Source of the DNA: an uncultured Planctomycetaceae bacterium | GTDB taxonomy: Bacteria > Planctomycetota > Planctomycetia > Pirellulales > Thermoguttaceae | Assembly (NCBI GenBank): GCA_964438515.1 | Contig: CAYTLK010000003.1 | Span: 20,195-84,194, forward strand | DNA: 64,000 bases | Direction of reading: 5' to 3' | Part shown: positions 10,501 to 18,396 of the stretch, piece after piece | How positions within the stretch are numbered: the first letter of the stretch is position 1 | How the letters are laid out: the number at the start of each line of letters is the position of its first letter | The notes under the pieces: generated by a model | Seen by the model: only the letters and a program-made list of their open reading frames with translations | The model's database searches: none | What the model was told of the DNA's origin: nothing | Translations under genes and position numbers: made by a program

Positions 10501-10683
10501 AACATTCCCCTTGAGCCACCAATAATAGACCCACACCCTTGAATCCTCGCCGCTTGCGAGCCGTGAATCACCGTAAATTTTTGAGGATTCCGCGATTTTT
10601 GCATCTTTCGCGCACAAAAAAACGTTCGCAATCATCAAACTGAGGAATGCCGTCCACAAAATAAAAACCTTTTTTCTCCGCAT
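7522..10683 (-). CDS. secreted glycoside hydrolase, GH106-like (rhamnosidase-like) with C-terminal galactose-binding-like module
   Basis: Signal peptide MRRKKVFILWTAFLSLMIANVFLCA. The N-terminal block is YYWWLKGNVSEELITRDLEAMHSKGIGGVLLVDSRGYY. The C-terminal block is FSGTCTYTKKFTV...IRINGKNAGIVWTAPW...NVWANRLIGD. The family call is from memory only. Confidence 0.6.
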   Translation of the reverse strand: MRRKKVFILWTAFLSLMIANVFLCAKDAKIAESSKIYGDSRLASGEDSRVWVYYWWLKGNVSEELITRDLEAMHSKGIGGVLLVDSRGYYDDVNTTKHVPVPLEIKYEYMSPDWRRMVTHLVKEAHRLGMHVSMNIANTGGQLRGPWDLGKDGPKELIWTEENVNGPKTVEIPLEIPSEERFFEDVAIAAVRITSQVSEGREAVKLNETWGRAATPAEDAPTADAQSVVDLKNFVQTDENCTKTLRWDVPEGSWKILRFGSRVVGDVGSVDILSREAVTRYFGLMCGQILGDVGDLAGRGKTLTHFYNVSWEGSDPNWTPGFAERFEKQNGYELVTKLPILRGLILGGEEASRRFCEDYFRTVSDAFRENCYLTIGELCEKHGMVWHSEDGGPWSRGKNAWMGNFKLFAEADMLTFWGQNDVIQGEFWVSEPKEPTTKPYVWPLTRSNARYASMAAHIYGKTLVSMESFTHMVHHWSQYPAHLKPAADENFADGANMFIWHTFTASPTELGRPGFEYFAGTHINTNVTWWNESSGIFRYIELCQKRLRTGTYVADVCVYTSDKNYIGWGHGESWNPDSKLVPGAGWKYDLLDTNVLVNRLAFRESDRRLVLPHGMSYKILVIDPLKGEPIPVEALEKALKLAEAGAVVVLGENIPQRNPGLRSFSQRDARLADVCGRLWKNTDSSTNFIQVGKGRIYRNVSMEEVLNSEKILPDFEGDAHYIHLEDASEDRYFVAGSGTIDAVFRASGIPEIYDPLTDETRPALAYSGLGDGRTRVTLPLAVNGSAFVTFRKTNCLCAAQHFTSIRGILADISSSFDWDSDDSDGQKVPNGLNGQNGLNGQNGLKFRFWTPVRYILTNSKGEEKLLEVSEAEFPEEIDLSRDWTLRFAPNLGAPEGDVHFDTLTYWNENEDPGIRFFSGTCTYTKKFTVSDEALKHSVRLSLGEVNHTASIRINGKNAGIVWTAPWVADLTDFLKEGENTVEIDVTNVWANRLIGDAACKKEERISRTNVFLLPTDNGFKRYQGFFAADKLTPSGLIGPVKVQFGVEKRIPYE
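8152..8200 (-). repeat. in-frame 18-nt tandem repeat (about 2.7 units) inside the GH106-like gene
   Basis: caatccgttctgaccgtt / cagtccgttctgaccgtt / caatccgttcgga encodes PNGLNGQNGLNGQNGLK on the minus strand. Confidence 0.85.
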
Positions 10684-10789
10684 TTTTTTATCTTTCTTTC
10701 CACATTTCGTTTTAAATTCCCTTTACTTTCTCCTTTCTAACACGAACTCTAAAAAATTTCAACCCCCCGCGAGAAAAAAAAGGAACCGC

Positions 10790-10818
10790 TTGACAAATCC
10801 ATCGAGAGAGTTTATATT
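10790..10818 (+). promoter_or_regulatory. sigma70-like promoter candidate for the GHL10-like gene
   Basis: TTGACA (10790-10795), 17-nt spacer, TATATT (10813-10818); about 95 nt upstream of the ATG at 10914. Confidence 0.45.
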
Positions 10819-10913
10819 AAAGGAATTCCGTTGCGGGACCGTACGTTTTTCTTCATGAAACTTTGTGCGTTTTACCTACATCCCCACCCTTTCCCATTTT
10901 ATCGAGGTATACA

Positions 10914-12989
10914 ATGTACCGTTTTCAAAAAACCATCCCTTTATTTGTGTTTCTTCTGGTTTGTTCCATTTTCGGAAACGTCTCGGCAGAAGAAGCGGTT
11001 CAAAAAGCGACAGAAAATTCAGACGCACTCTCCGGACGAATGCTCGTCAGTGATTTTCAGTCGCCCGACGTTCATTGGTACGACGCGAGCGGCGGAAAAA
11101 TGAAGCTCGAAACGATTCCGGAAGGGCTGAAAGTTTCGACCGATTTCGCAAACAATCCCGTCGCCCGTCTGTCCGTCGATGCGCACGTTTCACTCGATCT
11201 CACAAATTGGAACCGATTCGAAATCGAGACGAACATCGATTCGCCCGACGCTTTTTCCAGTTCCTCACTCTACTTCCACAGCGGCGGCGGCTGGTATTCC
11301 TGCGGCTCTTCTGTTCCGGAGGGAAACGGGAAAATCACCTTCCGTAAAAGTGATTTTAATTCCGAAGGCTCGCCGGCCGGATGGGACAAAATCGATACCG
11401 TACGTTTTTCTCTGTGGAGGATGGGTGAAAAAGAAAGCTCCATCGTTTTGAGTTCTTTTTCCTGCGCAATGGAACCCGTTCTGTTCGTTTCCATTCTGAA
11501 TCCGGAAGGTGTGGAACTTTGGATTGGGGCAAATAACGCTTCCATCCTCTCGAAACAACTGAAAAACGTCGGAATCGAGTCCGACCAATGCGTGATGCCG
11601 AAGGAAGCAAGTGCAGAAATGTGGGACAAAATTCTGTCGCGTCGTTTTGCAGTCATCGTGAATCACGTGCGTCATATGAAGCCTGAAACACGTGCGTTGC
11701 TGGAACGCTGGGCGTCAGAAAAACACGCAGTTCTTATGTTCCTTGATGGGGATTTGCGTGAAAACCCGATCGAAACGGACGCACTTCTTACGCAGTTTGC
11801 GCAATCGTCCGCATTGAAGTCGCTCATTGTGAAAAATTGTCTCCGACACGCAAGCACGATGATGGACGCCGAAGTTTCCAATGCGGCCGAAATTGTTGCG
11901 GAAGCTCAGAAAGTCTTTGATGAAGACGGCGTCCCGGCCGGCGTCCAATATTGCGAGGCGATACATGCGCAAAACCTTCAAAAAGCGGCTCTTAAGACGG
12001 ATCCGGACGGTTCGATGAAGTTCCGCGCCTGGTGGAACCACGACGGTCTCGGCGCCTATCCGGGCGACTGGGCCCGAACGGCCAAAGAACTCCGTGCAGC
12101 AGGATTCACCGCCGTCATTCCGAACATGCTGTGGGTTGGAAGCACCCTTTTTCCCAGCAAATACGCCCCGACGAGCGAGCTGTACGAAAAATACGGCGAC
12201 CAGATGAAACAGTGCATCGACGCCTGCCACGCCGAAGGAATCGAGGTTCACGTCTGGCGCGTCTGTTTCAACGGAAAATCTCATATTCAGCCGGAACTGC
12301 TTGAAAAATACCGCACAGAAAACAGACTGCAAAAAGACCGCAACGGCGAAACGATTCCGTGGCTCTGTCCGTCGAATCCCGAAAATATCGAGACGGAAGT
12401 CGGCGCGATGATGGAACTTGCGGATAATTACGACGTGGACGGCGTGCATTTCGATTACATTCGTTACGAAAGCGGCTGCTATTGCGACGGATGCCGCGCA
12501 CGATTCGAAAAAGAAACCGGTGCAAAAATCGAAAATTGGCCGTCAGACGTTCTGAACGGTCCGCAAGAAGAAGCGTTTCATGAGTGGCGAGCGGCACAAA
12601 TTACGAACATCGTAAAGCGCGTCCACGATCAAATGCGCGAAAAACATCCAAACGTCAAACTTTCTGCCGCCGTTTTTTCTTCCTATCCCAGCTGCCGGGA
12701 ATCCGTCGGTCAGGATTGGGCGCTTTGGGCGCGTGAAGGGTACGTCGATTTTCTCTGCCCGATGAATTACACGCAGGACGCCCGCACGTTCCGCACACTT
12801 TCCGCCTTCCAGCAGACGCTCGTTCCGGAAGGATTTCCTCTTTATTTCGGAATCGGCGAGTGGCGGGTCACACCCGACGGGACGGTGCAGCAGATTCAAT
12901 GTGCGGACGAAATCGGAGCAAAAGGATTTACAATTTTCAATCTGACGGAAAGCGCCGCTGGACGAATTCTTCCGTTGTTCACGAAGTAG
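10914..12989 (+). CDS. secreted glycoside-hydrolase-like family 10 (GHL10/DUF187, YngK-type) protein
   Basis: The ATG at 10914 gives MYRFQKTIPLFVFLLVCSIFGNVSAEE, a signal peptide. The TIM-barrel core has GIEVHVWRVCFN, DVDGVHFDYIRYE and DFLCPMNYT, as in PF02638-type proteins. Confidence 0.7.
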   Translation: MYRFQKTIPLFVFLLVCSIFGNVSAEEAVQKATENSDALSGRMLVSDFQSPDVHWYDASGGKMKLETIPEGLKVSTDFANNPVARLSVDAHVSLDLTNWNRFEIETNIDSPDAFSSSSLYFHSGGGWYSCGSSVPEGNGKITFRKSDFNSEGSPAGWDKIDTVRFSLWRMGEKESSIVLSSFSCAMEPVLFVSILNPEGVELWIGANNASILSKQLKNVGIESDQCVMPKEASAEMWDKILSRRFAVIVNHVRHMKPETRALLERWASEKHAVLMFLDGDLRENPIETDALLTQFAQSSALKSLIVKNCLRHASTMMDAEVSNAAEIVAEAQKVFDEDGVPAGVQYCEAIHAQNLQKAALKTDPDGSMKFRAWWNHDGLGAYPGDWARTAKELRAAGFTAVIPNMLWVGSTLFPSKYAPTSELYEKYGDQMKQCIDACHAEGIEVHVWRVCFNGKSHIQPELLEKYRTENRLQKDRNGETIPWLCPSNPENIETEVGAMMELADNYDVDGVHFDYIRYESGCYCDGCRARFEKETGAKIENWPSDVLNGPQEEAFHEWRAAQITNIVKRVHDQMREKHPNVKLSAAVFSSYPSCRESVGQDWALWAREGYVDFLCPMNYTQDARTFRTLSAFQQTLVPEGFPLYFGIGEWRVTPDGTVQQIQCADEIGAKGFTIFNLTESAAGRILPLFTK

Positions 12990-13026
12990 TACACATCGTT
13001 TACGTCATTCGTTGAGAAAAATCACC

Positions 13027-13066
13027 GGGGAAAAAGTTTTCGTGAAAATTTTTTCCCCCTTTTTTT
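13027..13066 (+). terminator. rho-independent terminator after the GHL10-like gene
   Basis: The hairpin ggggaaaaa...ttttttcccc (13027-13058) is followed by a T-run (13060-13066). Confidence 0.7.
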
Positions 13067-13163
13067 GCCCATTTATTCCTAAAATCGAAATGATATCTAA
13101 AAAATTCACGTTTTTCCAAGAGTTTGCCGATAGAATAAAAAATATCGAAATTTCTGGTTCACC

Positions 13164-13192
13164 TTGACGAAACGGAAAGATTGTGGTAAAAT
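13164..13192 (+). promoter_or_regulatory. sigma70-like promoter candidate for the etfBA-acd operon
   Basis: TTGACG (13164-13169), 17-nt spacer, TAAAAT (13187-13192). Confidence 0.5.
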
Positions 13193-13248
13193 ACAGAAAA
13201 TTTCAAGATAGAGAAACTTTAACGAAGATAGAAATGGAGTGAATTTCC

Positions 13249-14112
13249 GTGGGATTTAATTCGATAGTTTGTGTCAAACAGGTTCCGGATACGGCAAATA
13301 TTACTTCAGACGCCATGACTCCGGAAGGAACGGTGAATCGCTCAGCGCTTCCGACCATTTTTAACCCGGAAGACTTGCACGCTCTGGAGACGGCCCTTGA
13401 GATTCGGGATCGATGGGGCGGTAAAGTGACGGTCGTCACGATGGGTCCGCCCAAAGCAGCGGATGTTCTGCGTGCGTGTCTTTTCCGCGGAGCCGATCGG
13501 GCGATTCTTCTTACGGACCGACGCGCGGCCGCCAGCGACACACTCGCGACGAGCTACATTCTCTCTCAGGCTGTAAAGACGATCGGCGATTACGATTTCG
13601 TTTTCTGCGGACGTCAGGCGATTGACGGCGACACAGCACAAACGGGGCCTCAAATCGCTGAAAAACTTTCGATTCCGCAAGTCACGTATCTTGAACAGAT
13701 TCTCAGCGTGAAAGAGGGAACGAAAAAATCCGCCCGTATTCGCCGCAATATCGGAAACGGGTACGAAATCGTCAATGTACAGCTTCCGGCACTCGTTACA
13801 GTCGTCGAAACTGCAAACGAACCGCGTCCACTGGCGGCAAAAAAGGTGATGCGCAACAAACACGCAGCCGTTCCGGCCGAAGTGACTCCCGAAAAGGCGG
13901 AAGAGTTGAAAAACATGGGACTTTTGCTCGAACAGTGGACGCTCAACGACATTCATGCGGACTTGGATCGCTGCGGTCTGGCAGGCTCGCCGACGAAGGT
14001 TTTTCGCGTCGAATCCATCATTTTGACGAAAGAAGGGTTTACGGAAGTCGCGCCGACAGAAGAGGCCGTCACCGATTTGATTCAGGAACTGATTTCAGAA
14101 CGAACACTGTAA
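13249..14112 (+). CDS. etfB: electron transfer flavoprotein, beta subunit
   Basis: GTG start; IVCVKQVPDT; VTVVTMGPPKA; CGRQAIDGDTAQTGPQIAEKLSIPQVTY; GSPTKV. Confidence 0.9.
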   Translation: MGFNSIVCVKQVPDTANITSDAMTPEGTVNRSALPTIFNPEDLHALETALEIRDRWGGKVTVVTMGPPKAADVLRACLFRGADRAILLTDRRAAASDTLATSYILSQAVKTIGDYDFVFCGRQAIDGDTAQTGPQIAEKLSIPQVTYLEQILSVKEGTKKSARIRRNIGNGYEIVNVQLPALVTVVETANEPRPLAAKKVMRNKHAAVPAEVTPEKAEELKNMGLLLEQWTLNDIHADLDRCGLAGSPTKVFRVESIILTKEGFTEVAPTEEAVTDLIQELISERTL

Positions 14113-14210
14113 CATCATGCGTCCTGGAAAAACGAATCCAACAAAACGACAAAACGACAAAACGACAAATCAATAAAACTTTATAGAATATAGAATAACG
14201 AAGAAGAACT

Positions 14211-15251
14211 ATGGGAAAACCAAATCGAAAAGGTGAAGTTTGGGTGTTTGCGGAACAGCAGGACGGTGTACTTGCGGATGTTTCGCTGGAATTGTGCGGA
14301 AAAGCACGCGAGCTGGCGGACCGTCTGGGCGTTCAGGCTGGTGCTGTTCTGCCGGGATACAAACTCGGAAATTTACCGCAGAAACTCATCGCGCAGGGAG
14401 TCGATAACGTCTATTGTGTTGATGAACCCTGCTTGAAATTTTTCACTTCCAGTCCGTACGCAAACATCATTTGCACACTCGTTCAGAAGTACGAGCCGCA
14501 GATTTTGCTGTTCGGCGCATCTCCGCTGGGACGCGATCTTGCACCGCGTGTTGCGAGCGAAATTCGGTCCGGACTCACGGCCGACTGCACCGACCTCGAC
14601 ATCAGTAACGTAACGGATAATCGTACGAAAGAAGAACACGAAAATCTTCTGTTGCAGATTCGACCTGCTTTCGGCGGAAACATCATCGCAACGATCGTGA
14701 ATTACGACTCTTGGCCGCAAATGGCGACGGTTCGTGAAGGTGTGATGAGTATGAAAGAACCCGATGCGTCCCGAACAGGAAACGTCCTTACGGAAAAGGT
14801 CGACGGACTCGATGAACTGGCGGAACTCGTGCAGGTGATTGAGCGTCACGTCGAAGAACGAAAGGTGAATCTCAAAGCCGCTCGAATCATCGTAGCAGGC
14901 GGAGGCGGCGTCGGAAGCAAGGAAAATTTCGAACTGATTCGTGAACTGGCGGGCGCAATCGGCGGCGTCGTGGGTGCGAGCCGTGCGGCAGTCGACAGCG
15001 GGTTCATCAGCAAAGACTATCAAATCGGACAGACGGGAACGACCGTTCGACCGGCGCTCTACATCGCAGTCGGAATCAGCGGCGCAGTCCAGCACCGAGC
15101 CGGAATGGAAGAATCCGCGAAAATCATCGCAATCAACAGCGACCCGCAGGCTCCGATTTTCTCGGTGGCTCACTATGGAATCGTCGGCGACCTCAATAAA
15201 GTCGTGCCGATGCTCACCAAGGCGCTGAGAAACCGTCGGCGTGAAGATTAA
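14211..15251 (+). CDS. etfA: electron transfer flavoprotein, alpha subunit
   Basis: EVWVFAEQQDG at the N-terminus. The C-terminal FAD-binding block is VGASRAAVDSGF...QIGQTGTTVRPALYIAVGISGAVQHRAGM...IIAINSDPQAPIF. There is no N-terminal ferredoxin domain. Confidence 0.9.
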   Translation: MGKPNRKGEVWVFAEQQDGVLADVSLELCGKARELADRLGVQAGAVLPGYKLGNLPQKLIAQGVDNVYCVDEPCLKFFTSSPYANIICTLVQKYEPQILLFGASPLGRDLAPRVASEIRSGLTADCTDLDISNVTDNRTKEEHENLLLQIRPAFGGNIIATIVNYDSWPQMATVREGVMSMKEPDASRTGNVLTEKVDGLDELAELVQVIERHVEERKVNLKAARIIVAGGGGVGSKENFELIRELAGAIGGVVGASRAAVDSGFISKDYQIGQTGTTVRPALYIAVGISGAVQHRAGMEESAKIIAINSDPQAPIFSVAHYGIVGDLNKVVPMLTKALRNRRRED

Positions 15252-15312
15252 AAAGCGTTGAATCGTTGATAAATAGAACAAAAAATCAAACCTTTTACCA
15301 AAATAATAAATT

Positions 15313-17058
15313 ATGGGAAACTTTTATCTCGATAACGAAGACATTCCGTTTTACTTCAAGGCGATTGATGTAAAAAAACTCGCTGAAATTCAGGAAGATT
15401 ACGCCGAAAACGGGGATGCGGATTACGTTCCTTGCGACTTGGACGATGCGATCGACAATTATCGCCGAATTTTGGAAATCGCGGGTCAAATCTCGGCCGA
15501 CACGCTTGCGAAAAATGCCGGACAGGTCGACGAAGAGGGAAACAAGCTCAACGAGGACGGCACCGTGACGCTTCATCCTCTGGTTCGCGAAAACCTCGAC
15601 AAAATGGGCGCGGCAGACCTTATGGGTTTCACGCTTCCGCGTCGTTACGGCGGGTTGAACTGTCCGACGCTCATTTACACGATGGCGACCGAAATCGTCG
15701 CGCGCGGCGACGTCTCCTTCATGAATATGTTCGGTTTGCAAGGAATCGCCGAAACGATTAACGCTTTCGCAAATCAGGAAATCAAAGACGAAAATCTGCC
15801 GCGTTTTTGCTGCGGTGAAGTGACGGGCGCAATGGTTTTGACCGAACCGGACGCGGGTTCCGACCTTCAGGCCGTCCGTCTGCGCGCCGACTACGACGAA
15901 GCAACAGGTCAGTGGCTCCTCAACGGTGTAAAACGCTTCATCACGAATGGCTGCGGTGAGATTCTTCTGACTCTCGCGCGCAGCGAGCACGAAATCGAAG
16001 ACGGCCGCGGTCTGAGTCTCTTCATTTCCGAACGAAACGAACACGTGAAAGTTCGTCACCTCGAACACAAACTCGGAATCCACGGTTCCCCCACGTGCGA
16101 ACTCGTTTTCACGAACTGTCCTGCAAAACTCATCGGCGACCGTCAGCGCGGACTCATTACGTACGTAATGGCGCTCATGAACGGTGCTCGACTGGGAATT
16201 GCGGCTCAGTCGCTCGGAGTTGCGGAGGCGGCATTCCGTCTCGCACGGTCTTACGCGAATTCACGCTGTCAGTTTGGCGGTCCGATTGAAAATCTTCCGC
16301 CCGTTGCGGAGCTTCTGACTGATTCCCGCGTTTCGATTGAGGCGGCGCGCGCCCTTACGTACGAAACAGCGGCGGTTTGCGACCAGGAACACAACGCGCA
16401 GCGCGTCACGGAAACCGTTTCCGACCTCCCGAAAGAGAAATCTTTGCCGCTCAAAAAGCTGATGAAGTCGCTGAAACGTCTCAACGCGATGCTTACGCCG
16501 ATGTCGAAGCTGTATGCGTCGGAAATGTGCAATAAAGTGACGTACGACGCGATTCAGGTCCTCGGCGGGTCCGGTTACATGCGCGACTATGCGGCCGAAC
16601 GGTACGCTCGCGACGCACGAATCACGAACATTTACGAAGGAACGAGCCAGCTGCAGGTCGTGGCGGCCATCAAAGGAATTACGAGCGGGATTTTTCAGGG
16701 ATACGTCGAAGAATTGGAAACCAAAACGTTCGATGACGCGGAACTGGAAGTCTGCAAACAGCAGCTGATCGCCGCAAAAGAGAAAGTGATTCAGGGCGCT
16801 GAATTCGTAAAATCCAAATCCGTGACGTACACGGACCTGAATGCGCGGCGTCTCGTGGAAATGGCGTGCGATGTGATTATCGGACATTATTTCCTGAAAC
16901 AGGCGGCTCTCTGCGACCGGAAAAAGACGATTCTGAAGTACTTCCTCGCACGTGAGATTCCGATGATGGAGAAAAATCTCCTCCAAATCCTCGGCGGCAG
17001 TCAGCTGGCGGTCGACGCGTACTTGGAAATCGTCGGTCCCGTTCCGGCGGCAGAATAG
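15313..17058 (+). CDS. long-form acyl-CoA dehydrogenase (581 aa, with N- and C-terminal extensions)
   Basis: GAMVLTEPDAGSDL, the FITNG motif and ARITNIYEGTSQLQ (catalytic-Glu motif) identify the ACAD core. It sits directly downstream of etfBA. Confidence 0.85.
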   Translation: MGNFYLDNEDIPFYFKAIDVKKLAEIQEDYAENGDADYVPCDLDDAIDNYRRILEIAGQISADTLAKNAGQVDEEGNKLNEDGTVTLHPLVRENLDKMGAADLMGFTLPRRYGGLNCPTLIYTMATEIVARGDVSFMNMFGLQGIAETINAFANQEIKDENLPRFCCGEVTGAMVLTEPDAGSDLQAVRLRADYDEATGQWLLNGVKRFITNGCGEILLTLARSEHEIEDGRGLSLFISERNEHVKVRHLEHKLGIHGSPTCELVFTNCPAKLIGDRQRGLITYVMALMNGARLGIAAQSLGVAEAAFRLARSYANSRCQFGGPIENLPPVAELLTDSRVSIEAARALTYETAAVCDQEHNAQRVTETVSDLPKEKSLPLKKLMKSLKRLNAMLTPMSKLYASEMCNKVTYDAIQVLGGSGYMRDYAAERYARDARITNIYEGTSQLQVVAAIKGITSGIFQGYVEELETKTFDDAELEVCKQQLIAAKEKVIQGAEFVKSKSVTYTDLNARRLVEMACDVIIGHYFLKQAALCDRKKTILKYFLAREIPMMEKNLLQILGGSQLAVDAYLEIVGPVPAAE

Positions 17059-17076
17059 AATTTATCTTATTTGAGA

Positions 17077-17164
17077 CTTGGGAGCGCGGGCTTCCGGCCT
17101 GCATAATTCCTCAATGGAACGTTTCTCCATGAGATTTTGCGGGCGAGACGCCCGCGTTCCCAGG
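17077..17164. other. 88-nt nested inverted-repeat element between convergent genes
   Basis: Outer arms cttgggagcgcgggc (17077-17091) / gcccgcgttcccagg (17150-17164), with 13 Watson-Crick pairs and 2 G-T pairs. Inner hairpin atgga..tccat (17114-17130). A competing local hairpin is gcgggc gagac gcccgc (17139-17155). Confidence 0.6.
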
Positions 17165-17218
17165 TTCTGTTCAAACTTTTACAAAAAGGTCTTATTGAGT
17201 CGACCGTTTCTCGGTCTT

Positions 17219-18172
17219 TTATTCCAGTCTCGCAACGTTTCCGTCGTTTCGCGCTCCCAAATAACTGAAAATCGTCGTGTCGATACTGTACGAAACGTTC
17301 TGGACGGACCCGTCGCACATCACGACTCCGAAACCGCCTGCGTGACAGCTTCCGAAGTTGTTGCTTGCATCCATATAACCTGCACGGTCCTGAATCGCCG
17401 GGTAGGACGTCGTGGTTAAACGGTACGCATCCCAGTCCGCGGCAGTGTAAATCGGTTCGTTGTCGGAACCAGCGCTTCCGGTTTCGTAACTGTTCGGATT
17501 CAGGTACTTTTCGCCGATGAGAAACGTATTGGACGTTCCGTCGCGCACCTCACCCACCGTAATTTCACTGCGCGCGAAAATGACGCCCGTGGAGGTCGAC
17601 GTGGGCCAATTGTACGTTTTTGACGCACTGTAAGACCCAGGATTGACGCTGCTGTACGTGTTGGAACTGTTGCAAGCGTAGTCGGTTTTTCCCGCCTGGC
17701 TGGCGCCGTCCGAATTGGTGACGCCGGTTCCTGAGGGGTACGTCTTGCACGCACGGCGCGAGGGACACGTAAAAAGCGGAATGGGAGACTCCGCACGCGT
17801 TTTCGCTCCCTTTTTCTGATCCGCAGATTCCGTTCCGGGGTCGCCGTCCGCACCGAGCTGATAGAGTGCGTTCTGTTCCACAAACGGAAGAAGCGAGTAC
17901 GTCCAGCCCCCCATCTGCGTCTGTCCGAACCCTGCGTCCGGGTCGCCCGTCCAGTTCCAGTTCCATCCGCCGCCGGGATATTTTTTCGACTGACTCTCAT
18001 GATTGAGTGCCGCAAGACCCATCTGTTTTAGATTATTGTTGCACTGCATTCGACGCGCCGCCTCGCGAGCCTGCTGAACCGCCGGCAAAAGCAGACCGAC
18101 GAGCATTCCAATAATCGCAATCACAACCAAAAGCTCCACCAACGTGAACGCCGACCTGTGTATTTTACCCAT
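17219..18172 (-). CDS. DUF1559 protein with prepilin-type N-terminal cleavage/methylation domain
   Basis: MGKIHRSAFTLVELLVVIAIIGMLVGLLLPAVQQAREAARRMQCNNNLKQ, plus the C-terminal H-X9-DG motif (HAGGFGVVMCDG). An alternative start 15 codons upstream at 18217 is possible. Confidence 0.85.
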   Translation of the reverse strand: MGKIHRSAFTLVELLVVIAIIGMLVGLLLPAVQQAREAARRMQCNNNLKQMGLAALNHESQSKKYPGGGWNWNWTGDPDAGFGQTQMGGWTYSLLPFVEQNALYQLGADGDPGTESADQKKGAKTRAESPIPLFTCPSRRACKTYPSGTGVTNSDGASQAGKTDYACNSSNTYSSVNPGSYSASKTYNWPTSTSTGVIFARSEITVGEVRDGTSNTFLIGEKYLNPNSYETGSAGSDNEPIYTAADWDAYRLTTTSYPAIQDRAGYMDASNNFGSCHAGGFGVVMCDGSVQNVSYSIDTTIFSYLGARNDGNVARLE

Positions 18173-18396
18173 TTTATACACGCCCCCCAATTTGTTGTTA
18201 CTGAGTGTTCGACGCATTTTAAAACCCCAATTTTAAAATACGACAAATTTTTGATTTTGATTTTATTATAAAACGAAAAGAACGTTCTGTCAAGCAAATT
18301 ATTGCAGAAGAATCGAAAATTTTCGAAAAAAAGAGGTTCTCGTTTCAAAGAACCTCCACAATTGAAAAACCCACTTTAATCAAAACTATTTTTCAT

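Noticed and set aside
10863-10913. Upstream extensions of tracked ORFs: 10863 for the GHL10 gene, 259 for the GH-like gene, 19962 for the BNR gene, 45668 for trpS, 45826 for PfkB, 48053 for M42 copy 2, 58065 for the coiled-coil gene, and 37450 for the large orphan.
   Set aside because: In each case an internal ATG yields a proper signal peptide or the canonical family N-terminus. The extension overlaps a neighbouring gene, a promoter or a repeat element, or begins at a TTG or GTG codon with no ribosome-binding context.
13027-13058. The GHL10 terminator hairpin ggggaaaaa...ttttttcccc resembles the central G4A5/T5C4 hairpin of the R1 repeats, so it might be a fourth R1 copy.
   Set aside because: Only the stem composition is shared. 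The R1 flanking modules (the tttttgacccgg lead-in, the cacgac junction and the gtttcc..ggaaac tail) are absent, and unlike R1 it is followed by a canonical T-run. I treat it as an ordinary intrinsic terminator.
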